Origin: Chiloscyllium plagiosum
Lineage: Eukaryota
Reading direction: 5' to 3'
Assembly (NCBI RefSeq): GCF_004010195.1
Contig: NC_057718.1
Coordinates: 24,579,853-24,643,852 of the forward strand
Length of the DNA stretch: 64,000 nt
Under the pieces are notes generated by a model, which was not told the origin of the DNA, searched no databases, and was given only the letters and a program-made list of their open reading frames with translations. Positions 12,507 through 23,460 of the stretch are shown in pieces. Every line of letters starts with the position of its first letter. Position 1 is the stretch's first letter. Both the position numbers and the translations under genes were made by a program.

Positions 12507-12782
12507 ATCCATCATCACCAGCAGGGTGGGCACCGTCGACGGCTGGGAAGACGCGTCCCGTTCTTTTTAGAACGGTCCCGTGTTCCTCGGCGGTGGGTTC
12601 CCCTTCTGGTTGACTGATTGAGATCCGATGAGAGTCTATCTGAACCAGGTGAAAGTAAGTAGGCACAGGGAGCCAGGCAACTCCATGCATGGACCAAGGT
12701 AGTGAAATTGACTTTTAAGTACTGCCTTGGTGGCTGGGATTGAGTTCTAGTAGTTAATAAGTGTCTAACGAAAGAACTCAAT

Positions 12783-13241
12783 ATGGGCTGTGCCGAGGGT
12801 AAAGTATAAGCCTCCGAAAAAAAAATGGAAATGGAGGCGGGGTCCCTGATAACATACCTCCAGAAAGTCCGTTGGGCAGGATGTTGTGGAATTGGAAAAA
12901 TAATACTTGCACAAGGGGAAGAGATAGCAAAAAGATGATTGTTGCTTTGTATGGACTAAGGAATCCATTCTTCATCCTGCCGTCTTCTGGCCAAAGTACG
13001 GGTTGGATGAAGACTGAGTTTGTAAATATTTGAATTTATATGTCAACAGAAAACAGCCTTTCAGTCAGGAGGGATCAGATTATGCTTAGTGTTGGAAGGG
13101 CTAGTAGCTGAAGGGCTACTGAGGGTATACTTTGTAACTAAATCATGGCCAGACATCAAAAAAAAATTTGTGATTATAGAGGGGTGGAGCGAGAAGCCTC
13201 TAGAGTTGTTGTTGCTGGAAGCTCAAAAAGTGTCTGTGAGA
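12783..13241 (+). pseudogene. gag: ERV gag remnant (matrix fused to capsid C-terminus; large internal deletion near 13100)
   Basis: MGCAEGK start; IPPESPLGRML, FWPKYG..ED, YLNLYVNRKQPFSQE; then EGLLRVYFVTKSWPDIKKK...LLLEAQKV; resembles HERV-I-group gag. Confidence 0.85.
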
Positions 13242-14715
13242 TACGGTGTGTGTGTGTGTAAGAGAAAGAGAGAGAAAAGAGCTGTACAGCTAATAGAAAG
13301 TTTAACCCTTTGTGATTCGGTTTGAATGTACATTTGTTTGTTGGTGATTGAATGTTTGTGCTTTGTTCCCTGGAGCTTGAGATCCGGGACTGTTTTGAAT
13401 CTGATTTCTATTATGGAAATTTAACATGATTTCTTTTAAGGTTAAGGATTTTACAGTGATTACGAAATAAAATGTTAACTCCTGTTCTTTTTACAGGTCA
13501 TGACTGCCTTACTATCAGTTTCTAACTAATCTCTTTTATCCTTACATAAAAACGATTTCAAATCAGCTTAATACGGAGGAAAACAACATGAACACCTTTT
13601 TTTTGTGTTTCAGACTCATTTGTTATCACTTAATTTTAAGCCGTAGCTTTATTCAGAAAGTTCCCTCCCTCAATGACAGTTGAAGTTTCAGTTCAACATT
13701 AGATTGTAATAAATCAATCCTATGGTTAATATCTGTGACCTTGGATTTGGCCATTATTCATGCATTATAAGTTTTCTTTTAACTTGAATAGACAAATCCT
13801 TTTAAGACAGCTTTGGTTATTTCATGACCTATAGCACTGTAATTGAGCAATGACTGGTCAGGACAACTTAAGAAAACTAATTTTGGATTTAAATTAAGTG
13901 ACTAAAACCGGGTAATAATAGTAGATTTCAAAGTTCGGAACTGTATGCATTTTACATTTTAAATATTAAATACTGAATAAATGAATTTATAATATATAAA
14001 TATATATTTACAAGTAAGATTTCAAAATGTATAGTTAGGAACAGGCTTTAAAGTTAGACAAGCATAAATTGATAAATTGGTATTTGAAGCTATAGGGAGC
14101 AAGAGATATTGCAATATTTCTTAAATCAAAAATAAAGGTTTAAACAAAACATTGGGTGATGAAGAATGGTCATTAGGTGGCCCTAAAGCTGTTCAATTGG
14201 TTAAATCAGCTCAGCAATTGATCTGGCAACGTAACATGGGAGCGGGAACGAAAGAGTTAATTGGACTATGGCGACAGTTTTGTGATGAGAGGCACGAAGA
14301 ATCAGTTTTGCGCTCATGACAAGATACTGCCACCAAATTGGGGATTGAATTAACTGCAAATGGTGCGATGGAATCTGTTGAGGTTTTTAAAAAATGAATG
14401 TGCTCGAGCAAAACAATTACAGAAACAGAATGAGAAGCCACAAGTGACTGGTAAACAAACAGAACTACGCAATTACAGTTTCTAAAATGTTTTAGCCACT
14501 TGATGCGTTTCCACCCTGAATTACAGATAATGATTATTTTATTTATATAATATATATAATTAATAATTAATATTTCTAATATATCAATTGTATTAGCCTG
14601 AATCAATATTAATTGACAGGATTCCTTGACACTGTCTCAGTGACCTGTCATATTGCTAATTTAAAACATGGCAGCATTAATTCATAGTTAATTAAAGAAT
14701 GGAAAGCTACATTAC

Positions 14716-16641
14716 TGACCAGAGTGTGTGCAGGCAGTGGCAGCAACAGTCTGGAAACTTACTTTTGGGGGAGCCTTAATAGTCAGCACCCCACATCAGG
14801 TATGGACCATATTAAACCATAAAGCAGGACGATGGCTTACGGACCCTAGATTTCTAAACTATGAAGCAATTCTAATAGAGAGGGATGACCTTACATTGAT
14901 CACAGACATTTGTCTGAATCCAGCTACCTTTCTCTGGAAAGGGGAGGATGAAGCTCCCTCAGACCCAGAACATGACTGCCTCGACAGTATAGAATATCAG
15001 ACTAAAGTAAGAATGGACCTTAGAGATATCCCTCTACATGCAGGGGCCAGGATGTTCATTGATGGGGTCCTCCAGAGTGATTGAAGGTAAAAGACACAAT
15101 GGATATGCAGTAGTGGATGGAATAGAGGGGAGTGTTATTGAGGCTAGTTGACTACCCAATGATTGGTTGGCGCAGACTTGCAAATTTTATGCACTAAGTC
15201 CTTGGAAGGCAAAGAAGGAACTGTATACACAGATTTTAAGTATACCTTCGGGGTTGCACACACATTTGGGAAGATGTGGCAGGAGAGGGGACTGATAAAC
15301 AGTAGGGGTAAAGAACTGGCTCATGAGAAATTGGTAAAACAAGTATTGGAATCCCTTTCATTGCCAATGGAAATAGCAATAGTCCACATAAATGGACATC
15401 AGCAGGGAAATTATCCCGAAGCAAAGGGAAATAGATTGGCGGATGAAGTCGCTAAGGAGGCAGCTCTGAACCCTCAACCCGCTACAATATAGATTTTGGT
15501 ACCGATGGTACAGGAACCTGGGGGGAGACCGATATTTAGCGCTAAGGAAAAGAGAGAGTTAGAAGAACTAGAAGAACAGACAATAGAAGGGCGCTGGATG
15601 CTACCCGATGGCCGGGAGATGCTAAATAAGATGATGATGCGAGAAATTATGGCTGTCTTACACCAGGGGAGTCTCTGGGGTGTGCAAGCAATGTGTGATT
15701 TGGTCTTAAGGAAATATGAATGCAAAGGGATCTATACGATAGCCAAAGAGATATGTGAGGGATGTATAACATGCAAGAAAGTCAACAAGAAGGTATTGAG
15801 GAAACAAGTCCCAGGAGGGAGAGAACCTGGGCTCCGACCATTTCAGAGCATTCAAGTAGATTATACCGAATTACCCCAAGTGGGAAGACTGAGGTATATA
15901 CTGGTAATGGTTGATCACCTATCTGGATGAGTGGAGGCGTACCCTTTAGCCACTGCCACCGCAAGTGGGGTGTCCAAGGTAATACTTGAATACATAAATC
16001 CCAGATATGTGATAGTGGATTGCATAGATTCAGATCAGGGAACTCATTTTACTTCCAGGGTACTCCAGGGAGTAATGAAGGGTCAGGCGTCTCCTGGGAG
16101 TTCCACACCCCTTGGCACCCACCTTCATCAGGAAAGGTTGAGATAATGAACCAGACACTCACCAGACTCCCTTGGACTAAGTGTTTACCTATAGCCCTTT
16201 TGCGAGTGCAGACAGCTCCAAGTAAAGATATGGGGCTGTCCCCTTATGAGATATTGTTTGGCCTGCCCTATCTGGGAACGAAAGGGGAACTGCCAACCCT
16301 GGAGACTAAAGATCTGTTCTTTAAAAAGTATATACTGGGCTTGTCCTCGTCTTTGTCTTTTCTTAGAAGACAAGGATTACTGGCACAGACTCCGCCCCTT
16401 GAATTCGCCGTTCCTCCCATCCAGCTGGGAGACTGGGTCATGGACAGAAACTAAGTTGCACCCGGATTGGGAGGGACCGTACCAGGCTCTTTTGACGACT
16501 GAAACGGCGATACACACGGCGGAGAGAGGCTGGACTCACTACACCAGGACTAAAGGACCGGTGGAATCCCTGGTTAAGGAAGATGTCTAGACAGCCAAAT
16601 CGATGGAAGAACCACTGAAACTCAGACTCAAAAGACTTTAA
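14716..16641 (+). pseudogene. pol: ERV pol remnant: connection/RNase H and integrase only
   Basis: PECVQAVAAT, KAGRWLTD, FIDG, VYTD, GNRLAD, H..H/W..CxxC region, IQVDYTELP, IDSDQGTHF, WEGPYQ, ends PLKLRLKRL*; no RT motifs. Confidence 0.93.
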
Positions 16642-16655
16642 GTAACTGATTTTTA

Positions 16656-18636
16656 TGCGGATGCGGGATAGTTTCTTTTTGATATCTATATATTGTATTG
16701 CATGTTAAATCTCTCGGTCCTTCAATACTATTATACTATTATAGGATAGCTGGGGACGCTTAGGGTTACCATATTAGCCTACTTAGTATTGGGATTTTGT
16801 CAAACCATGCTGTCATCTCCATATTTGTTATTAACGGTCCCTGAGTCTGAATATCCACAAGTAATAGAAGTCGATGCTTGCAGTCTAGTAGAATGCGCAG
16901 ATGTAAAGTATCAGAGGGAGTATATTTCCTCCGAAACCCTTCTTAAGACCCGACCGGACACAAGGTATGGTTCGCAAAAACCGCCACCTGGCATCACTAT
17001 CCATAGAGCCCCCTTTCGCCCAGCCTTAAACTGTCCTGACAAAAAATGCCACCCGATAAATCTCACCATCAAAAATACCTCCTCTGAAGACTTCCCCGTA
17101 AAAACGGTTCTCGACTCCTTAGTAACGATTTAAAGATAGTAATGGCTGCCACTGGGAAGTGTTTTTCGGCCTGCTGTTTCCAAATAGCCGTAGGAAACAG
17201 AAACGAGCCAAACAACTTGATAATAAGATACATCCTTTTGCCCAATGACCCAAAGGTGGTTAAAAATTATAGAGGTGAAGGACTTGAAGCAGACTATTGA
17301 AATAGAAACTGGATACGGGGACGCAAATACCTGGGTTGAATGGGTAAAGTACACTGTTAACACTCTTAATAAAAGCAGTTGCTACGCATGTGCCTCCAGT
17401 AGACCAGTTGCCCACATAGTCTTCTTTCTGTTCGGGTGGAACCAAAACAGCAAGGGCATGGAATGTATGATAGCCCTGTATCAGGATAAGACTGCATGGA
17501 ATGATAGGAATTGTATATCCCTATCTAATGTTCCCTCCCTTGGAGAAGACAGATTTGAAAGCTTCCCCCCCCACCCCCATTTTTGACCACGGTTGGGAAT
17601 CACACATCGTGTATAAGCCGACGGGATCAAATCAGTCAGAGACTTGGAGGAGCTGAGGTTATGTATAGAAACTCAGAATGACATCGAAATGGACAAAGGA
17701 GGGAACTACTCAGCACTCAGGGTTCCCCGGGTGGATCTCTGGTGTTACTGTGGAGGCAGAATATTGCAACCGACCCTACCTCCTGACTGGAGAGGGATAT
17801 GTGCAATTGGCAATCCCATTCACCTTGGCATTTGAGAAGGAGAAGTAACAAAGAATGAGAGGAGTAAAAGGTCGTTATTAGATACTTCCTTTGATGATAG
17901 GATTTATGTCGACTCTATAGGAGTTCCTAGAGGGGTCCCCGATGAGTTCAAGGACCGCAACCAGATTGCAGCAGGTTTTGAATCGGCCCTATTTTGGTGG
18001 GTAATGGTCAACAAGAACGTGGACTGGATAAACTATATTTTTTACAACTAGCAAAGATTCATCAATTACACTAGAGATGCAGTCAAGGGTATTTCCGAGC
18101 AACTTGATGCAACCAGCAGAATGGCCTGGGAAAACAGACTGGCCGTAGATATGATCCTAGCCGAAAAAGGGGGTGTATGTGTGATGTTAGCGGGTAGCTG
18201 TTGTACCTTTATTCCAAATAATACAGCACCTGATGGGTCAATTTCTCATGCTTTGCAAGGATTGACCACCTTGGCGGAAGAATTGGCTGAGAACTCAGGA
18301 GTGGACACATCACTCATGGGATGGCTGGAATCATGGTTTGGGAAGTGGAAAGGCGTGGTAGTCTCTATCCTCACCTCCTTGATAGTGGTAGCAGGGGTAC
18401 TGACAGCAATTGGCTGTTGTATCATACCTTGTGTACGAGGGTTAACCCAGCGGCTAATTGAGACGGCCTTGGCAAAACAAATGCCTCTAAAAGGTAATCT
18501 GGCAGAGGAACTCAACCTCTTGAACAATGAGGGGATGAGTGACCTTAAGGAATTAGCCATTATAAATGAAGTCTCAGGGATGATGCTAGCAAACTGGAAA
18601 GCAACATATGAGACAAATGCAGAAGACAATATTTAG
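16656..18636 (+). pseudogene. env: ERV env (SU frameshifted; TM with one internal stop)
   Basis: SU CYAC motif; furin site RSKR 17860-17871; GVPRGVPDEFK..NQIAAGFES; ISD-like ENRLAVDMILAEKGG; CX6CC; TM helix; TAG at 18049; start position approximate. Confidence 0.93.
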
Positions 18637-18641
18637 TAGCC

Positions 18642-18659
18642 AAGAAGAAAAAGGGGGGA
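18642..18659 (+). promoter_or_regulatory. Polypurine tract
   Basis: AAGAAGAAAAAGGGGGGA, 1 nt before the 3' LTR. Confidence 0.92.
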
Positions 18660-18660
18660 T

Positions 18661-19777
18661 TGTAAGGTTCAGGGTTAAAATTGTGCAGAATAAGGGAACA
18701 GTTGTTGCTTCTGCAAAAGCTTACATTATAAAATTAGGCTGCACATGCAAATACTAAACAGTGAGAAGCGAAAACAGATAGAATGATCTATGACTAAAAA
18801 GGTAAAAACAATGACTTCAGATGCTGGAAACCAGATTCTGGATTAGTGGTGCTGGAAGAGCACAGCAGTTCAGGCAGCATCCAAGGAGCAGCAAAATCAA
18901 TGTTTTGGGCAGAAGACCTCCATCAGGAATAAAGGCAGAGAGACTGAAGCGTGGAGACCCTGGGGTTGAAGTGTTCCGAGGCGGAAGATGAGGCGTTCTA
19001 CCTCCAGGTGTCTGGTGGTGAGGGAGCGGCGGTGAAGGAGGCCCAGGACCTCCATGTCCTCGGCAGAGTGGGAGGGGGAGTTGAAATGTTGGGCCACGGG
19101 GCGGTGTGGTTGATTGGTGCGGGTGTCCCGGAGATGTTCCCTAAAACGCTTTGCTAGGAGGTGTCCAGTCTCCCCAATGTAAAGGAGACCGCATTGGGAG
19201 CAAGGATACAATAAATGATATTAGTGGATGTGCAGGTAAAACTTTGATGGATGTGGAAGGCTCAGCAATCGTGGAGCGGGATATACCAGGCATAGGAAAA
19301 CAGAAGAAGCGAAAACAGGTAGAATTATCTATGACTAATAGGGCAGAGCGACCGTGTAGTGGGATGTACCAGTAACAGGAGAATAGTGTACCGATCTCAG
19401 GAGGGATGTGGCCAACTGATGGAATTTAGTTTGGCAGGATGATCACACAAAGGTAGCAAACTATGCCAGGATAGTCACATATAAGGAACAAGATAAATAA
19501 GAGTAAGGAGCGACAGGCTTAGAGTAATGGGAGAAGTAAACAGAGGCGGAGAGAAGCTAGAGCTTGTGATAGGCTACACGCTACAGTAAAAGTAATCAAT
19601 GGGGTGAAAGGGGAGGACCGAGAGACGCAGCTGAGCAGCATAAATCAGAATGTAACCCTTAGATCGGGGTGCTTACTCGTTAGGCACCTGTTCTTGCAAG
19701 TACGTATCAATAAAATTCGCTGCTTCAGAATTTAACTCGGACTGAAATTTATTAATATGTGAGTTTTGCTTCTCACA
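18661..19777 (+). mobile_element. ERV 3' LTR interrupted by a Penelope fragment
   Basis: Colinear with the 5' LTR apart from the insert, an 11-bp indel and an extra U3 repeat unit. Confidence 0.95.
18798..19262 (-). mobile_element. Penelope-like element fragment (GIY-YIG endonuclease C-terminus plus terminal repeat)
   Basis: ORF 18897..19211: CSQCGLLYIGETG...RFREH...VAQHFN...LIFRLGTLQPQG. Confidence 0.9.
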
Positions 19778-20559
19778 GAACCAAGGACCCAACTTCAGGC
19801 AAAGCCCGCATGGATGAACTCCTGTTGCTATGGGTATATTTGATGAAGGATTCACTTGAATGATTCACTGTCGATGTCAGACAAACTCAATGGAATTATG
19901 TCATTTGCATTGATGTCTTTTTCAAGATCAGTTTATTATAACAGATCCAGGTGTGGAGTTGGACTACTCATGGAGAACATTAGTGGTGGCAATGGAAAAT
20001 TGCATGTCAGTAACATTTAATGATATTGAGGCGGTTGAAGAGAAAAGCAGAATAGGGTACCTAACATAGCAATTGCATTTGCAAAGACTCAAAGGGCATC
20101 TGAACATGTTAATAGGATTTATCAAGGCTGAAGAAATAGGAGTCTAAAAACTGGTAAATATTAAAGAGAGGGACACCCAATTTGCTGGCATGAAACTACA
20201 AGCAAGTGAAAGCTTTGTGCCCAAGCTGCTATTTAATGACTGACCAGCTGAAGTTGGATTTGTGTAAGTTGATTGTGGAAGGTGAACCAAAGAACAAATA
20301 TCTGTTATTTTCATCTGCCTTGCACAAGTTAAGCAAGGAACACCAGTTGCATGGCAAGCTGAAAGAGAACGGTACTGGATTGCATGCGTCAACAGTAACA
20401 GTTGACTACTGCTACCTCTTTTCACAAACATTCCTTCAAACTCTCTTTGCCCATGTCCGTTCCAACTTGCAAGTACAGAAGATTACAGGCAACATTAGCT
20501 TCGACAAAATTAAGTTACTCTAAACATAAATGCAAAGTTATCACTTTTCTATGTATATA

Positions 20560-22255
20560 TCAAACCCACAATAAATACATTATAACAAAACAACTGTGGT
20601 TAACCAAGGAACTTAAGGATAATAATAAATTGAAATAAAAAACTATATACAGCAGTAAAGATTAATATCTTTGAGGAAGGGCTTCCTGAAGAAGGGCTTA
20701 TGCCCGAAACGTCGATTCTCCTGTTCCCTGGATGCTGCCTGACCTGCTGCGCTTTTCCAGCAACACATTTTCAGTAAAGATTAATAGTAAACCAGGCAAT
20801 TAGGAAAGCTTTAAAAACCAACAAAAGGGACAAAAGAATCTAAAAGAGAGAAAACAAACATTGAGAGTAAACTTGCAAATAATATTTTAAAAAGTAAGTA
20901 AGAGCTTATTTAAATATCTGAAAAGACAGAAGGGAAAATGAGTATTTGCCCTTTGGAGAAAAAGGCTGGGGACATAGAAACATAGAAAATAGGAGCAGGT
21001 ATAGACCATTCAGCTCTTCGACCTTACTCTATTATTCAAGATGATCATGGCTGATCATCCAACACAGTATCCTGTTTCCATTTTCTCCCCATACCATTTG
21101 ATCCCTAAACCTCAAGAACCACATTGAATAAATAATAATGGTAAACTAGGAAATTGCAGAGGAATTCTATAAATGTTTTTCATCAGTCTTCATGGTAGAA
21201 CATATTAAATGCATTCTAAAAAAAATAAGAGGCAAAAGGTGGGGTGAAAATAAATACAACAGCTATTACTAGAGAACAAAAAATGGAAAATAATGCAGTT
21301 AAAGGCTGTTAAATTCTCTGGACCTGGTTATATCTTATGATTTCAAATGAAGTGGCCACAGACAGTGTATTTTATTTGTAGCAGTCTTCCATAAATCTTT
21401 AGGTTCAGGAAAAGTCCAAGATGATTGTAAAAATGCAGATGTAACAAGCTTATTCAAAAAGTAGGGAGATGAAAGGCAGGCAATTGTGGGCCAGTTAACT
21501 TAACATCTGTCATTGGGAAAATGTTAGTCTACTACAATGATGCAATAGCAGAGCATTTCGATTTTTATCGTATAATCAAACAAAATCGGCATTGCTTCAT
21601 GAAGGGGAAATCATGTTTGACAAATTTATTAAAATTCTTTGAGGAAATAACAAGCAGGATAGATAAAGGAGAACTGGTAGACACATTATCTTTGGACTTC
21701 CAAAAGGTATTCAATAAAGTACTGCACAAAATGTTACTTCATAAGACAAAGCCTATGTGTCGGTGATAGCATATTGACATGGGTAGAAGATTGGCTAGCC
21801 AATAAAAGATGCAGACTTGGGATAAGGGTCACTTTGAGGATGGTAACTTTTAACTAATACAGTGCCACAGAGATCAGTGCTGGGGCCATAATTATTTACA
21901 ATACATGTTACGACTTGATATGTTATGACTCTATCGTTGCAAAATTGGTGGATGATGGAAGATATTTGGGTAAACAAGTGGCGAAGGTGACACAAAGAGT
22001 CTACTGAGGAGTATAGACATGTTAAGTGAGTGGGCAAAAAAAACATGGCAGAAGGAATAGACTGTCTGAATGTTTTTATTCACTCATGGGAAGTGAGGTT
22101 ATGTTCTTTGGCTGGAAGAACAAAGGAGTTGGATACCATTTCAATTGAAAAAGTCTACAGAAAGCTGCAGCACAATGGGACTTGATAGTCTTCATGCATG
22201 ATTACAAAAATGTAGCATCCAATTTCTTCAGAAAATAGGGAAGGCAATTTTTAAA
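20560..22255 (+). mobile_element. Degraded CR1 ORF2 with nested inserts
   Basis: KGKSCLTNLLKFFEE, LDFQKVFNKV; nested Penelope mini-insert (20668-20771) and minus-strand CR1 tail (~20973-21125). Confidence 0.85.
20683..20716 (+). ncRNA. Minimal hammerhead ribozyme motif (family A)
   Basis: CUGAAGA A GGGC uuau GCCC GAAAC GUC; insert bounded by a 15-bp duplication cagtaaagattaata (20653-20667, 20772-20786). Confidence 0.7.
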
Positions 22256-22261
22256 TATATA

Positions 22262-22555
22262 TTTTTTCATGGGATGTGCTCAGCACTGGCTAGGCTTGTG
22301 TTTATTGCACAGAGGACATTTAAGAGTCATCTACATTGCTGTAGATCTGGATTCACATATTAACAAGACTGAATAAACATGCCCAATTTAATTCACTGAA
22401 GTGTATTAGTGAACCAGATGGGTTTTTACCAATGATTGACAGTGGTTATATGATCATCATGAGGCTAACTTTTCATTCCAGATGTTATTGAATTCAATTT
22501 TCACATCTGATGAGATGGGATTCAAACCCATGTTGTCAGAACTTTAGCCTGGGCT
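22262..22555 (-). mobile_element. Deu-domain SINE copy
   Basis: Colinear with 315-625 (taagagtc...acattgctg...tagtgaaccagatggg). Confidence 0.65.
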
Positions 22556-23385
22556 ACATACTGTATTTCTATGCCTTACGGTCTTTCTGATATATTAGAA
22601 ATTTACTGAAAATATTCAAAGCACATCTGAATGTTAATCAAGACAGCTGAAAAACAAAGTAACTATGGTTATGGTTACAAGTACTTGAACTTGTCTTCTT
22701 TTGTCTGTTCAAATTAACATTTTAACTTGCTTCCTGTCAGGGGTTATTTGTAATGGAAAACATTACAGCAGGCAGGGCATCTGCCCAAACATCATACACG
22801 TTCATACTGTCCATAGTCAGGCTCTTGCTCCAAATCCAAGAAATGACAGAATGGTCACATTGACCAGATAGCAAACTACTGTATGAAAATTGAAGCTGGT
22901 TAGACATCATCATGACTTAATTTTTTTGATCTCTGTTCATTTGCATCATGCTGCCAGTTCCAATAACGTGGGGAAGTAATATCTGCTGATATTTGCTGCT
23001 TCAGTGAAAACAATTAAGTAATGATTATTGGCTAAATGGTTAATTAGTTGTAGCTTAATCTGTTCAGCACAATTAACAATGGAGTCAAAAGAACATAAGT
23101 ACACATTATGCTAACAGCTCAAGTACAAAAAGAATTGATTTTTACAGTAAGTGGTGATAGAATAGGCAAAATAATGTCATAGCTATTTACACTGTTTAGG
23201 TTTACAGCATCAGCTAATTTCCAATGATTGGAACATTGCAGGATTATAATGCTGGCATTGACATAAATGCTTGTGCAGTTTGACACAGTGCCAGTTGTGA
23301 GTGCATTCACAAGAATTAAATAGCAAAATATTAGGTTCCACTGTATTCTGTCAGTGGTGACTGACTTACTGAAAATATGGTTTAC

Positions 23386-23460
23386 CTTTCTTGTTTTGTG
23401 AGGATTTCTCATTCGGGATGATTTCTTGATATCCACTTCTGTAGTATTTACACAGCCTGG
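23386..23460 (-). CDS. RGS7: RGS7 coding exon (75 nt), PGCVNTTEVDIKKSSRMRNPHKTRK
   Basis: ttttttttag|CCAGGCTGTGTA...ACAAGAAAG|gtaaac; partly visible at the start of ORF 23119..23436. Confidence 0.96.

Larger units (their letters stand above)
11919..19777 (+). mobile_element. Class I endogenous retrovirus provirus, defective, antisense to RGS7
   Basis: Paired TGT...ACA LTRs, 4-bp target duplication GAAC (11915-11918, 19778-19781), PBS, gag/pol/env remnants, PPT. Confidence 0.97.

Noticed and set aside
14211..14606. 131-aa minus-strand ORF inside the ERV cargo
   Set aside because: Low-complexity AT-rich start and no recognisable motif; the opposite strand looks more protein-like
18121..18636. 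Domesticated (syncytin-like) env gene
   Set aside because: In-frame stop at 18049, frameshifted SU and no intact signal-peptide frame
23119..23385. Extension of the RGS7 ORF past the 75-nt exon
   Set aside because: Read-through into the intron; similarity to RGS7 ends at the AAG|gtaaac donor
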